Assembly: GCA_963693365.1 (NCBI GenBank)
Contig: CAVNZM010000011.1
Location: 3,886,335-3,950,334, forward strand
Length of the DNA: 64,000 nt
Source: Amoebidium appalachense
Taxonomy: Eukaryota; Protista; Ichthyosporea
Direction: 5' to 3'
Made by a program: the position numbers and the translations under genes. The notes under the pieces were generated by a model, which saw nothing but the letters and a program-made list of their open reading frames with translations, ran no database searches and had not been told where the DNA came from. Shown here one piece after another: positions 40,861 through 55,300 of this stretch (positions are counted from its first letter, which is position 1; every line of letters begins with the position of its first letter).

Positions 40861-41705
40861 TACGGTGTGTGTGTGTTTGTGTGTGTGTGGTGTTTGGTGT
40901 ATGTGTGTCTGTGTGTCTGTGTGTGTGTGTGTGTGTGTGTGCGTGTACGTGTGTGCATTTTTGTGGTTTGAGTTCAACAGCCCCCCCCCCCCCCCCCCCC
41001 CCCCACCCCCTAATTTCATTTTTCGTTCAGTTTTCTTTGCACCCTTTCTTTTCACCACACTCCTTTTATCCTGATACCCCCCTCCCCCTCCCCTCCTCCT
41101 CCAACCCCTTCTTCCGTCCCTGCCTCTCTCGCTATCCCCCCCCCCCCCCCCCCCCCCCCCCTTTTTTTTTTCTCCTGATTATTTTATTCCCCGGGGCCAC
41201 CATGTCATGACACCACTATCCCATTATTAAGGCGAATCACCAAATCATCCTATATCTGTTCTGTCTCTGTTCTTTGTAATGCTGTATGAATCGTGTGTGT
41301 GTGATGTATCTCTTGTGTTTCATTGTTGCAGGCAGTGGGTGGGTGGCTGAGTAGGGTAGGGGTGTGTGTGTGTGTGTTGGGGGGGGGGAGGGGGGGGGGG
41401 GGGGATCCAGGAGGGGAGGTACCCACCTGTGCTGTCCCAACGTTGTAGTTCCCACCGCTGTACTGTCGGATTGTGCCAAAAGCACCCTCAAGGGGGTCGG
41501 TTTGAAACTTTCTGGTGAGCACAAAGTTGAGCTTCTCGCCGCTCACGCCGCTGTCCAGGAGATAGCGGATGAGACTGGCCTGCAAATTAAAAGCCAGCAA
41601 AATCTGTGTGGCACCACATTTGACTACGCTTGGCATGTGAAAAACCATATGGAAAAGCCCCCCCCCCCCCCCCCCCCCCCCTCCCCGCCCACCCATCCCG
41701 ACACA

Positions 41706-41748
<43 letters not shown>

Positions 41749-41845
41749 AGAGAGACACGCACACAAACACACTGATGCGCGCGCACACACACACGTGTCA
41801 CACACACACACACACACACACAGTGTCACACACAGACACACACAA

Positions 41846-41879
<34 letters not shown>

Positions 41880-41959
41880 TTCATGCCGGTCGACTCCTCA
41901 TGTGACCTTGTGTGTTGGGGGGGTGAAGGGGCGAGGGCATGAGGACATTGGAGGGGATT

Positions 41960-41993
<34 letters not shown>

Positions 41994-44323
41994 ACCATTG
42001 TCTTGCTCGTAAACGCCAGCGACCACTGTGTTTCCTCCGTAAAACCCCCCTCGCCAGTAGGCATGCTCACCACCCACTCAGCGAATTTCTCCAGCCAAAT
42101 CAGCCGCTGGTCACTGCTGCTGGTGAATGCAGCACACCATGGGTCCAATTTGCGCGCCGCATATGTGGTGGTACCGATGTTCATAAGCTTCCACCACCGT
42201 GCGATTTGTTTTAGGAAGTTTGCGGTGAACTTAAACAGGGGTTCATCAACCACGTGGTTGTCGAGCGCAGCAATGGTGGACTCGTGGAACACAGCCAAAG
42301 CTGGCCCCACCTTCTGCTTGTCGAAGTTGTTGGGCCAGAGAACGGTGGGTGTGAGTTTGAAGGCCTCCTTGAGTGCCTGCCCGCCTTCAGACTCGTAGAT
42401 AGTCTGCACCTGCCGAAAACATGCCGTCCCCACCTCGAATGAGAGATCGATTTTTTGACCGTCAATCTCCCACACAAAAGTGAACCCACTGTAATTGATG
42501 GACTGCTCTGTGTCCTTCTGATTCACCCAGTTGTTGCGAATGCACTTGAGTATGTGCACAGGGTCTGATATAATATACAGCCTCTTTCCGGGGTCTGTAG
42601 GGTGGTCCACATACGGTGGTGTGTTCTTGTAACCACTCACGTTTGCCAGCTTGCGAAACAATGCCCGGTTTATGGCATTGTTGTCAGCAATGACAGCAAC
42701 CGTATGGAGCCCAGCATAGGCTAGTGCCTCCAGCGCGTTCACCAGCTCGTCACCCAAAAACTCAGCGGTCTGGTTGCGCACAGGTATCATGGACACAAAA
42801 TCCTTGCCCAATTTGGATATAATCGAGTCAAAGAAAAATGCCTGCACTTGGCTTGCAGACTGCCCATCGGGCTGATTGAGTGCTACCCCAGTAACTTGCC
42901 CACCACGAAAATCGAGGAGATCTGTTACGTGGATCTCATCCAGTAACAGAACTCCCATTTTCTCTCTTTTACTCATAGCATGTGCCATTAGTGCAAGGTA
43001 TTCCTCGTTCACACCACTAGCGTCGAGGAGGTCCGTAGATGTAAGCCCCTCGTGCTTGCTCCGCACATTGCGCTCGTGGGGCAGGACCAAACACCCGAGC
43101 TCCCTCAGTCTCTCATAACCGGCGGGAGAGCTGGCGTGCAAGGCGATGGCTGTGTGCATGGTCCTATCACCATACCTGTACAGGTTTGGCGGGGTAGACA
43201 CAAGTTGTGCCTGCTCGGCCTGAAAGAAGCACTGCTTGGCCCGATCCTCGTTTCCATCCTCCTTGAAATGGTTTCCTGCAGCAATCAACAACGACTGGGC
43301 AGACGCAAGTGCCTCCATAGCATAGTCGTGTTGTGACAGCCCGGTCGCCCTATAATAATGCTGACCCCTACAGTCTTCCTCTCGAGGCACCGGCAGAGGA
43401 TCAGCATTATCTTGGTCAAACACCAACAAGGGAGGAGAGAGGGAAGGGTGTGTGGACAAAGGCTCGATGCACCGAGTAAGATCGTTCCATGTGTCCAGTG
43501 TGCCCGTCGCCTGACAATGCTCTGTCGCCACCCACGTTATGTTGCCTACTGCTAGAGTCAGGTAATTGGAAGGAAGCACGGTTGGGGTGTGGGAGTAAAC
43601 TGCTGAACGAAAAGTCGAGTCACTATTGATCATTACTGACGCTCGCATGGTAACGCTGAATGATGGTTTGCATAGAAGCATGCCTGGAAGCCAGAAAACC
43701 ACCGATTTCCCCTCGCCTATTTCCGTTCCGACGCTTTGAACCCTCCAGCCGGCGTGCCGCTCCGCTATTTCCAGGGCACGGACAACAAGCTGGCCGAACA
43801 CGAACATCTCCTTCTGGCGCTTCCTCGCTACTGCCTCTTCCTCTTGCCTTGCCCGAACCTTCTCCATCTTTGCGGCTCTCTCTTCCGGGTCCATACGAGG
43901 AGGCGCGGAAGGGGTGCTCAGGTAACTGGGGCAGTTGGGAAAAATGCTCGGGACGGCGCCTGGCCTAGGCCACGTTTTGCCACCTTTTTTAACGATGTCA
44001 TGGGCGGGAAAGTGACGGCCGCAGACCCGCGCAACACCGTGCGGGTCGAAGTTCTCAGGCCACTGCCTCGGCACAGCACGTAGCCACGCACTGAGAAGGT
44101 TCCGTGTTTCTTCGCGTAGCGTCTCGCTTTTAATGCGCCCGTCGTTTGGGTTGGGGAATTTGTAAACGAAAACCTTGTTTTGGTCGTCGTAGTTGCCTCT
44201 GCAGCCTGGAACACTGCATATGTTACCGATTTTGTTGCTACGCAGACCGTTACTCCTCTTCTTATCCATTCCAGGCTCGGGAGGAGCAGCTCCCTTCATA
44301 AGGCCAGTCCCGCCGTCAGCCAT
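39590..44323 (-). CDS. THAP-domain P-element transposase, 3 exons (44323-41996, 41579-41427, 40642-39590)
   Basis: THAP CSVPGC...W...VCGRHF...AVPSIF. Catalytic LLLDEIH, IADN, SDPVHILKCIRNN, FQTDPLEGAFGTIRQ. Two phase-0 GT-AG introns join the exons in frame (KTM|ASLI, GTAQ|TLQAVKRIR). Confidence 0.9.
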
Positions 44324-44478
44324 GTTACCGATGTCTCCGTCTTTGAACCAAAAAAAGCGAGACGTAAACGAAAAACAACAACATACATGTTCTGTGCCGA
44401 CATCTCGTTTTAGGGCCGGAATCCAGTGGATCGAGATACCACGAGCACAATGGAATGCGATTTTATGACGTAGTGTAT

Positions 44479-44570
44479 TGTTGGAATACGTCACCATGTA
44501 TGACAGCAAGAGCCTTGAAGTATGTATGTGTCCTAGCTTGTTTGTATTCGTGTCTGCTTTCCTCCTTTGT

Positions 44571-44648
<78 letters not shown>

Positions 44649-45410
44649 TCTCTCCCCCCCCCCCCCCCCCCCCCCCCGTATCTCTCTCTCCCTTGTTTCT
44701 GTGGGCACAGATATCTGTAGATCTGTGCACACCTGGCTCTCTTGCCTGATAAGAACGTATTGTGTTTTTATTTCTATTTGCTCTCCTCTGTTTATCTGAG
44801 AGGTAGCGTGATTGGCTAGCCTCACTCGTTGTCTTTCCTTTATTTCAAAATGGCCTAGTTTTGTTCTCAAAAGGATGGCTCGCCAATAGTCGCGAGCGAG
44901 TACATCTGTAGATTGTGTTGTGCATTCCTGTCTGTTAATATATGTGTGTTGTGATTGGACAATAGATATATATGGAATTCGGTTTATTGCAAAGTGTCTT
45001 CACTTTGAGAGTGTCGACTGTTAGGAAATATATGTATTTAAATAAGTCTCCTTATAGAGACGAACATAAATATATATGTGAGTTAATAGTGACTAGATGT
45101 GTAATTACTTAATTTATTTAAGTAAGAGTTTCTACACTTTAGCTTAATCGGAAGTTGGAATGCGTATGCTCTATCGGAATGTGTTTTTTCTATCTTCTGA
45201 TAGAACCGATTGGTTCTCCCTCTTTAGTTGTGATAAGGTGATAAGTCGCAAGTACAAAAGGAACCGAGAGCACAATAAAGATTCAGTTGTTGTTTGAAAT
45301 CTTTTCAATGTCTCGTGAACAACTCCGATTGCCCTCTCATTAATGTGTTAGTCGTGTTTTACATGACACCTCTGTGCACTCTGCTCCCTTAGACCCGTAC
45401 AAAAACAACA
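44479..45410 (+). mobile_element. Solo LTR (Copia-type) inserted in the P element
   Basis: TGTTG...CAACA ends, 5-bp TSD TGTAT (44474-44478, 45411-45415), colinear similarity with the LTR at 47044-47933. Confidence 0.9.
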
Positions 45411-46312
45411 TGTATCCAGGCCGTCTTTTTTTCAGAGGGCCGTGTCGAACCCCCTCAACCAGGGGGATGCACATTTCCCCCCTCCTCAATATCGTGTATA
45501 CAGGATATTTGAGATGCTCGTGTGACCTGGAAGCGGTGGAATTTTTTTCTCCTGAAGCCGCCCATTCCCAACCCAGGGGGGAGTTAGCCCCGGTTGCCGC
45601 AAGTACTACTGTACGACAAGGAGCTCATGCTCGACTAGGCATGTGTGGAGCTGGCATGGTAATGGGACGAGGTACTCTGATCATAAAAGGAACATGAAAT
45701 ATTCGACCATAGACTTCCAGGCAACTTGCACAGATACACCTGTGGACCATTCCACGCCAAGTATGACGTCACAGCTCGCACAGCCGGGCCGGAAACATAT
45801 GCCACGCATGACGTCACCACGAGTATCCGCTTAGCTCGGACAAAAAAGTGCAAAATTTCCCCATGCTATATGTGCCCCCCCCCCCCCCCCCCCCCTCCCT
45901 CCCTCCCCACACACTGGCACACACGGGTACCCACACACACACTACAAAGCCACCACCATCACCACCGGCAAGATCTAGAATGATCTGCGATCTGATCCGG
46001 AATTCCATGTGAATATCCGGAATTCCATGTGAATATAAAATCTGAAATACAATCCAGTGAAAAACTCGCCCAGTTTTATTATCCAAAGCCACTGCCCGCA
46101 GTGCCTCTTATTGCCCATATATGGAAAAATTATGATTATGGCATGTCCAAAAAAGGAAACTTGTACCTGGTATAAGAATATGGGCATTTGTGTCCACATG
46201 TCACCGTGATTAAATTAAAAGCTTAACGTTCACAGTTACATGACGCTATGAAACCTTATGATTGTGGTGAAGAAAAATATGTTTTAAAGTTAACAAGGAA
46301 AGAAGAAAATAT

Positions 46313-46456
46313 CCCTGTCAGTGAGTTGGGGATAGAAAAGTATGGATTAAAGTTAAAAAAAAATCCCTGAGTTGGGGATAGAAAAGCATGGGTTAAAGTT
46401 AAAAAGGAAAGGAAAAGTTAAAAAAGAAAGGAAAAGACAATCCCTGAGTTGGGGAC
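46313..46456. repeat. Short degenerate direct repeats (GAGTTGGGGATAGAAAAG x3)
   Basis: Directly visible; a second about 140-bp duplication (ATGGTATCCACAC...AACCAATCACAC) lies at about 46649-46880. Confidence 0.6.
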
Positions 46457-47043
46457 AAAGTGCAAAACATGTCTGTGTCTGTTGGTGGTGTAAGGCAGTG
46501 GTTCGTTTCATGCAAAAAGTTTTAAATCGTCTATCGACAACAACTGCCTAAATTGGGTATCGATACTACATGTACGTTGGGTGTGCATGTGAGCATGAGG
46601 AATTCTTAAGGGCAGTGTTCGATGCAAATGTTCGAGTCCAAACATATCATGGTATCCACACTGATGCCTCAACCAATCACACACCAACACCAACTCCCTT
46701 AAAATTTAACGAATCCACCGTAAAGAACCTTCTCTGTCTCACCCTGCCTTCCCTTACAGTTGTCCACGCTCGAGCTTATGCCAAATATGGTATCCACACC
46801 AATGCCTGAACCAATCACACACCGGCCCCTTAAAGGGCCTTCTTTGTCTCTGCCTGCCTGCCTTAAAGTCGTCCATGCTCGAGCTAATTCTCAGCCATGC
46901 ACACAGTGAGTCCATGAGATCCACTGGGAGCATGCGGAAGAGGGGGTACAGGTACACCATGCGAGGCATGCACAGCACCTGCTGACCAGTCTGAATGGCC
47001 TCCACAATCTGTATGTACGTGTACGTGTGTACGTGTGTACGTG

Positions 47044-48788
47044 TGTTGAAATAGACATAGACAGCAAGAGTTTGAAGTATGTATGTGTCTTAGCTTATTT
47101 GTATTCGTGTCTGCTTTTCTCTTTCAAGTTGTGCTTTTGGTCTTTTCTCTCTCTCCCTCTCCCCCCCCCCCCCCCCCCCCGTATCTCTCTCTCTCCCTCC
47201 CGTGTTCCTGTGTGCATAGACATCTTGAGATCTGGGCACACCTGGCTCACTTGCCTGATAAGAACTTATTGTATTCCATTTCTGTTTGCTCTCCTCAGTT
47301 TATCTGAATAGTAGCATGATTGGTTACCTATAGTCGTTGTCTTTGTGCCTTTGTTCAAGCAGTGATAGCTCACCAATAGACGCGAGTAAGTACACTCGTA
47401 GATTGTGTTGTGCATTCCTGTTCAGTACGTTTAATCATAGACGTGTTATGATTGGACATTTTGTTTCTGTATGGTATGTGTCTCGAGATAAGATATCTTC
47501 TCTCTAAAGAGTGTCATCTATTAGGAAACATATGTATTTAGACGAGTTTCTTTATAGAGACAAGTATAAATATATATTTGAATTGATAGTGACAAGTTGT
47601 CTGTATTACTTAATTTATTTAAGTAGTGTTTTGAGACTTCTGCTGGGTCAGAAGGTAGAATAGCGTATGCTATGGTGGAATGTAGTTCTCTATCATTCGG
47701 AAGAGCTGATTGGTTCCTTTTCTGTATTTTTGATAAGATGAATATTTGGCCCGGTACAAAAGGGCTCGAGAGAGATCAATAAACTTCAGTTGTTGTTTCA
47801 AAATCTTTCATGTATCGTCAACAACTCCGATTGCCCTCTCATTATTGTGTTGGTCGTGTTTCTACATGACACCTCTGTGCACTCTGCTTGCCGTAGACAT
47901 AAGTATAGTCCCGTAGAATTATACAAACTAACAGGTTTACAGGCCCTTTTGCACGCTCTCGTAACACAATTTCTCTCTGCAATCGATACCGATTTAGATT
48001 TACATACCAATCTAAATTCCTCTCGCATTCCGCGATCGCGACTCCTCTGACTACTCGTTAACGATGTCGGAGAAACCCGCGTATCTCAACCTCACCCCCT
48101 GGAAGGGGGAGGACACCACCGACAAGAAGTCCGGTAAACGTCTCACCTATTATGAGTGGGAACCCGTCATTTTCCGGTACCTACGTACCACCACCGCGGC
48201 CAAGTTAGTCGCCGCCATCAAGACCCTCGAGTGGGTTGATGCCTCCGACGAGAACGATTGGCATGGCTACGACACCGAGGAAGCCTACACCGAAGCTTCC
48301 AACTTCCTCGACCAGATGCTTACTCAACTCGTCTCCAGTGATGAGCTGTATAACTCCGGTCAAATCCAGGATGATGTGTCACCTGCCCAAGCTTTCCACA
48401 ACCTCCGTATGACGTATGCGGCTGAACGTGAAGATCGTGCTCGTCAAATCCTCCTCGAGTAGCCTAGTAGTACCACGAACTCGAACTCAAGGACTTCAAG
48501 ACCGTCACGGCCTACCTCACTATGGTGCGCCGTCTGTGCACTACCCTGCACATCCTCGAAGAACCCATCTCTCATAAAACCATGGTTGATAACTTCTTTA
48601 TCCACCTCAAGAAGCACCGTAACCTGGTTTGTTCTGACATCAAGGCTATGATTGCCGATTATTTCCGTCGCAGCATCAACTACGACTCCTACAACCGTCT
48701 CGTTAGTGATATCCGAGCTGCCGAGATCCGTGAAGGTATTCAAGTTATTGACTCTGGCTCCGGGTCTTCCCTCTCCGTCCGTACTGCA
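47044..48788 (+). mobile_element. 5' part of a Copia-like LTR retrotransposon: LTR 47044-47933, PBS, degenerate gag
   Basis: TGTTG...TAACA LTR followed by GGTTTACAGGCCC (resembles the Copia-type GGTTATGGGCCC PBS). Broken ORFs 48064..48462 and 48522..; cut at about 48789. Confidence 0.75.
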
Positions 48789-49823
48789 TGTTGTAGACAT
48801 GGTTGTGTACATTCACGTGCACACCGTGCTGTTCCCCCACAACCAGTCTACGTGCCTTTGTGTCTTCTCGCCACAGGCTGGAATAGAGCCTCGGAAGCAG
48901 CTACCAATCGGCTGCATCACTTTTAGCTGTATTCCTTATTAGGGCAGTTGCTCTGCACCTTAAGTATGCAGTTAGGAGCGATGCAAAGAACGTGAACACT
49001 TTGCCAGCATGTATCTTAGGTGTACGGCACACACTGTGTGCCGTAGACACTTTATTGGGCACTAGACATACACATGTAGCACTGTAGTATATCTTGAAGC
49101 TAGATTATGATCACCCAGGAGAAGCTCATGTACTCATGTATATGTCATGTACTTTATTTTAAGTAGGGCCACATGCCTATTGGCTGTCGCCTTACAAAAG
49201 TATGCGAGCAGTGCTCTCCGGACCGGCGGAAACCAAGGGACTATAAAAGGCTGGTACATTCCAGACTTGGGTCACTTGGGCGGGGCTGTGTGTCCGAGTA
49301 AACGTTACACTAGTCGTGCGGTGTCAGACTAGCTGTAGCACCCGCTTTCTTGCCTCTATACTTGCGTGCTTCTCCTAGCCTGCATATGTTAACTAGGGCA
49401 GAGTATTAGTGTATACATACCCTGGTTTTCACTGGCGACCGCAGGCAGTCGAAGGTCTAGAGCGTTGGCATTAGCGTTTTTAGACTTTCGGGTGATCACA
49501 ATCAAGCGATTTTGCACATTCTTTACGGTAAACAGTCCGGAAATTTCTCCTAGTTACAACTTTGTGGTTGGGATTCGCGCTGTGTTCCTGTGATTGGATA
49601 CCTAAAATTTGTTGGCCACATTTGGGTGTTTGCGCCATCAACTTGGTATCCGGCGTGCTACCGCGAAGTTCCGACTTTCACCGTGAACGTGGGTGGCTGC
49701 CAGCGTAGCTGGAGCTGCTTGCACTGTGCTTTGCAAGTGCAACCGGTGGTACTGTGTGACAGTGACCACTGGGAGGGTAGGCTGCTGTGTTGGGGCCGTG
49801 GGCACGACCAGTAGGGAACCCTT

Positions 49824-52323
49824 TTGACACGTTGGTGTGAGCCACTGTGGTGGCAAGAACGTGCAGCTGAGATGGCTGGCACTGGGGCTGAGAGAGGCGG
49901 GCGCCGTTCCCGCAGTCGCAGCCGTGAGCCTGGCCGGCGTTCGGCCACGCCTGAGGGCGGTCGGGAGAGTTCCCCTTATGATTCTGGTGAGTGTGCTGAT
50001 GATTCCCGTGTGTGTATGGCTCCGCCCATGTCTGGGCTGGGTGACGATACAGAGACACGTGGCATACACACACCTGGCCGTCGTGTTATGCCTGCTACTC
50101 AGTTGCGTGGGCGCAGGACTCTTCGGGGCACTAGGCCTATTAATGTTGCTGCTTTCCATGTTGAGCCTGAGTCTGATGATTCTGAGTGGGAGCAGAATGG
50201 GTCTAGTGAGAGCTCGGGGTCTGAGAGTGACGAGGGTGGTGACTCAGATTACGAACCCCAGTCACCTGTGCGCTCTCCTGGTGTGTGTGATCGTGTGGGG
50301 GATGGGGATGACGTTAGTGAGAGTGATGGTTCTGAGTCTGAGCCTGATCTGACTGTACCCCCACCTGCACGTGACCCTAGCACACAGGAACGTTCTTTAC
50401 TTGATCATGCCGCTGAGGTTATGGGGGTAGATGCTAGCAGCACGGAAGAAGTGTTGCGCCGGCAGACTGAAGCATTGCGTGCATTCGAAGCCCTGAGAGA
50501 AGCTGGGTGGGTTCCTGCTAAAAAGAGGGGTGCACGTGGTGTTGGCAGTCAGGCTGGTGGGAATAAACAGGCAGTTGGCAGTCAGGGTGAGACCCAGGAG
50601 GGTGATGTTTACTTACGGAATAACTATTATGGGGTTTTGGAAGATGATCAGCGGGGATACAACTACAACCCGCCCACCCCTGGCCGTGAGTACCGTTCAC
50701 CATCACCTGACCGCGATGCCGACCGTTCCCGCTCCCCTCCCTCGCGGCACCGTTCTCCGTCTCATCGTAGCCGGTCCCCTGATCGTGTGCGTGAGCGCGA
50801 GCGCGGTGGTGAGCGCAGCAAGGAGCGTGGGTGTGTGCACGAGCGCACTCGCTCGCGCAGCCGCTCTCCCCAGCACAACCGCACTCCAGAACAGGAGTCT
50901 TCTCGCGCACGCACCCGCGACCATTCGCCACGGGGTCGGGACTGTACAACACCATCTAGCTGTGGGTGTAACCACCGGGGTTGTGGGCCGGTGCAGCAGT
51001 GGCCTTTTGGTTTCCCGGCCATGCCTGCAGGGGGGCCCAACACTAACATGAGTGGGCCCATGATGACCCCCTTCCCCATGGTTAATGTTTGGTTATCCGC
51101 AGCCCAACGTTGGGGCAGCAGGTACCAACACTCAGCCCACAGATAACAAGGTGGAGAAGGAGAGAAAGACCCGTTCATCTAGCAAGCGTAAGTCTTCTGG
51201 CCGGCGTGCACATACGCCTGTGTCTGAGGAGGACTGCAGCGAGGATGACGGGGCGAGCCAGAGCAGCTCGGAGAGTGAAGATGACAACCACCCGCCAAAG
51301 AAGGTGAAGTCTGCACGTGATTTGCTCCTTGCTTTGATGCCGGAGCATGATATGGCATGGCGTAAACCGTTGGTTGTGCACCCCTCTCGCCACTATGCGC
51401 CTCTGATCACTGCAGATAAGGTGCCCCAGTTTAAGGGTGATATGAGTGATACACGCACGGTGGTTGAGTGGCTCTCTGAGCTTGCAAGCTTGTTTTTCAG
51501 GGTGGCTGGTGTGCCTGTGCATGATGCTGTGCCTTTAGTTGTCTCGTGCTTTCCTCCTGCAAGCCCCGCACGCAATTGGTTTTCCAAATTTTGCCGCACG
51601 CACCCTAATGCCACGTTCGAAGCTTTTGCGCAAGAAGTGGTTAAGGAGTTCCATGGTGAGCACGTTTTGGAAAAATGGCAGGGCAAGCTGGACGAGTTGA
51701 AGCAGGGAAACATGGAGGTTTCGGAATTCTATACACAGCACGCTAGCTTGTGGGCGCGAGTGTATCCACATGGCACGGATGAAGCGCGTTTGATTGATTT
51801 TTCGCACAAGTTGAACGCTGCCGCATTTAGTGATTACCAAAAATGGGCGGTGAAGCAGAGGCGTGCGAAAAAGTGCCTAACCATCCAGGATGCACTCGTT
51901 CACTTATCGGAAAAAGAGCGCGACCGCAAAAGCACACAGAAACACACAAAGGGTACAGCCGGTGTGTTTAATGTGCAGCAGTCGGCTATGGTGGCTGTGC
52001 AGGAGCAGGCAGCAGCATTGGGCTTGGATGTGCTGTCGTTTATTGCTCTGGTGGGGTCCGGTTTGACTAAAAATCCGTGGAAAACTCCCCCACAGAAGCC
52101 CAGATACGGTGCATCGGGCAGCAGTGTCGTTTGCTACGGCTGCGGGAAGCCGGGACATCGCAAAGGTGATGCGGAATGCCCTGCTGCTGATCGCCGCTGC
52201 AACGTTTGCAAGAAAGTAGGCCACTATTCCGATTCCCGGTTGTGCAAGGGAGAGCCCAAGGGTAACGGCAAGCATCAGCAGGGCCGTGACCCAGACAAGA
52301 AGAAGCATTCACACCGCAAATAG
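49824..52323 (+). pseudogene. gag: Gypsy gag, frameshifted at about 51090
   Basis: RS-rich N-terminus, VPQFKGD capsid domain, two CCHC-like knuckles (CYGCGKPGH...C, CNVCKKVGH...C). Confidence 0.8.
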
Positions 52324-55300
52324 GAACTCGCGGGGGTAAAAGGCGCGGTGCCGGGGGTAGTTGATGTGCGTAGCGCATTTTTGCACATCGGAGAGGATAG
52401 TGTACAAAGTAGTGAAGTGGTTAACGAGAATTTTGTGCACGACCCTTCTCCCCTGGCGGGAAATTGCAAGGGAAATAAAGCAATCACTCGAAAAACTGTG
52501 TCTTTTGCCCCCACCCATATTGTGATCCCGTCCACCCTAGGTGCAACCACCCCTACAGGTGTTGGGAAGGGGGAGGGTGCACCCGGGAAGGAGGGTGTTA
52601 TGTCGGTTCAGGATTTTGCGGATTAGAAGCAGGCACGGGCAGAGGGGTTGGCGGGGCTGGCGGGGCGCGTGCATCCCACCCCCAAAGAACCATCTGTGTG
52701 CAAAGTGTCTGCTAAGGGCTCTACCTCTTGTTTGCTTGCCACTGTGAGGTTGCATGGGCACCTAGTTACGATGGTTGTGGATACCGGTGCTAGCCATTCA
52801 TGCTTGCAATATGATTTTGCGCTGAAATTACCATTTGCTACGCGGAAGCGCATTTCGCCGGTTCACAACTTTAGTGCTGTTGGTGCTAGCGGGGACACCT
52901 TGCCATGTGCAGGCCGTGTGGGTTTGCACCTGCAGGTTTGCACCTGCAGGTGCCCAACACAGAATGGAGCCATGTGCAAAACTTTCATATTTTGCGTGGC
53001 CTCCCCTATGCAGCCTTGCTAGGCATGGATTTCTTGTTGGGTTTCGATGCACAGATTGACCTGTTGTATAAGCACTTGTTGCTCAGGCCTGCCCACGGCC
53101 AGGCAGAGTGCTATATGCCTGTTTGGTGGCTTGGGGCGGGGGTGCGGGGTGGTGAGGTGGCAACACTTATCACCACCACCGGCGTGCATCTCCCTCCTTT
53201 CAGGTCGAATGTGGCTTTGTGCTCGATGAAGGATGGGGGGGAAAGTTTGGAGGCTGGTGTGTTGACGGGTGTTGTCATACCCAGACCCACCTCTAACACC
53301 GATATTCCCTTCCACCCTGCGCATAGTGTGCAATCACTCTTGTCTGTAAATGGCAGCCTCGGCTGCAAGGTGCTGTTAACAAATCTGACTGAAAAGCATG
53401 TGTATTTGAAGCCTGGTACCCAGGTGGCAGCACTAGAGCCATTGGTTGAGGGTGATATGCTCACTGTTTTGGTCGATGTGTCCGGGTCCCCAGCTGCAGA
53501 GAAGACTGGTTTGGAGGCCGTTGGGTCAGACTCACCGTCAGGCTCTGTTGGTGGACAAGTGTTTGCTGCTGCTGCGCCGGCGGCTGCAGACAAACCTCCG
53601 ACGGGTGGAGCCACAGTGGGGGGATCAGGGACCACTGGGGCTACTGGGGACAACATTATTATTGGTGAGGGTGGCCGCGTACACGCTAGTGTGCCTGCAC
53701 GTGTGTACAGGCAGGGGCGCGCGCGCACGGAGACTGTGCAGCCGTGGCTGTCAAAGAAGAAGGCCAGAGGCCGACTTGCTTTTGCAGCTAGGGCCAGGCA
53801 CCCAGGGTCGCAGGCGCCTGGTGCTCCAGCCCCTATCAGCACTAGTAATGTTGCAGGTACCGGGCAGGGGCAGGTTTCCTCTCCTCAAAACGAACATGTG
53901 CATTCCGATCGGAATCTCGAGCTCTCATTGGCTGAGGGTACCTTCGGGCCGGCCGCTTCATCCTCTGAGGGAGGAGTTGGGCCGTGGCATATAAGGGAGG
54001 ACACTCAGGGGCAGTGTGAGGGAGTATCTGCCGGGGATACTGAAGCATCTGGCCCAGGGGAAGAGACTGATGTGCAGTGTGCAGGGGCCCGCCATGCACG
54101 AGGTCAGTCTGGTGGTAGTCAGCCGGGCGCACCAGGAGCCAATCAGATTGCAGCAGGGGTGAGCCACGTGCCCACAGCCTCTGCATCTGATGCCGACTCA
54201 GGGGGCACCGAGGATGAATTACCACCGGGCGTGGAGGACCCAGAGACTATCCCCCTTCCTGATCTGACACCTGCGGAGAGCAAGAGATTCGCTAAGCGCA
54301 TTCGGAGGTTGCTTAGCAGATGGAAGCACGTGTTTTCTGCACACGAGCATGACTATGGCAAGTCCAATGTGGCAACGCTGAAGATAGAGTTAACCACAAA
54401 TGAACCACAGTATCGGCCTCCATACAAAATTCCACACCATATCCGGGATCAAGTGTGGAAGCAACTTCAAGTATGGTTGGCTGGGGGGGTCATCGAGCCG
54501 TCCACCTCTCCCTACTCTGCACCCATGGTCTTAGTGCGTAAAAAGGATGGGAGCGTAAGAGTGTGCCTGGATTTTCGGAAAATAAATTCATGCACTGTGA
54601 GGGATGGCTACCCCCTACCCCGCATAGACACTTCTCTCGATGTGTTGCGTGGGGCGCGCTGGTTCAGTGTGTTTGACCTCTATGGCGGCTATCACCAAAT
54701 TGAGGTGGATCCAGAAACACGGCCTAAGTTAGCCTTTACTACGCCGTGGGGTCACTATCAGTTTTGTCGGGCACCCTTCAGGGGTTACGAATATGCCGTC
54801 TGTATTCAGCCGCGCCATGAATACCGTATTCGCGGGCATGCTGTGGGTTCATTTGCTTGTGTATATCGATGACCTTCTTCTGTTCACCCCGGATTTGGAA
54901 AGTCACTTAACCCTCTTAGAAGAAGTTTTCAGGCGGCTGTCCGCGGCTGGTCTAAAGCTAAAGGGGTCCAAGTGCCACTTTTTCCGGACAGAGGTGGCGT
55001 ACGCCATCGTGTGGGCAGAGATGGTATTAAGGTTGATGACGGGAAAATCGCTGTGATACGCGATAAGCAGGCACCCACTTCTGTGTCCGAATTAAGGAGT
55101 GATTTGGGTCTGTTTTCGTATTACAGAAGGTTTGTTCCGAATATGAGTGACCTGGCCGAGCCGCTAACGCGCATGTTGGGTGATAGCCCACAGGATAAGC
55201 AGTTGCGCAAAAGGGTTCACGGGAATGAGCCCCCCACATCTAGTGCGCGACGGAAGCGGAATGGCACGGCCAAGGAGAAGGCTAGGCAAGCCCGTACTGC

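Larger units (their letters stand above)
39027..45444 (-). mobile_element. P-element-superfamily (THAP) DNA transposon
   Basis: Perfect 34-bp TIRs CACGGCCCTCTGAAAAAAAGACGGCCTGGATACA (39027-39060, 45411-45444) and 7-bp TSD TCGAACC (39020-39026, 45445-45451). Confidence 0.95.

Noticed and set aside
40700-41990. Cys-Val, His-Thr and poly-Pro/Gly ORFs
   Set aside because: Translations of microsatellites and homopolymers inside the predicted transposase introns.
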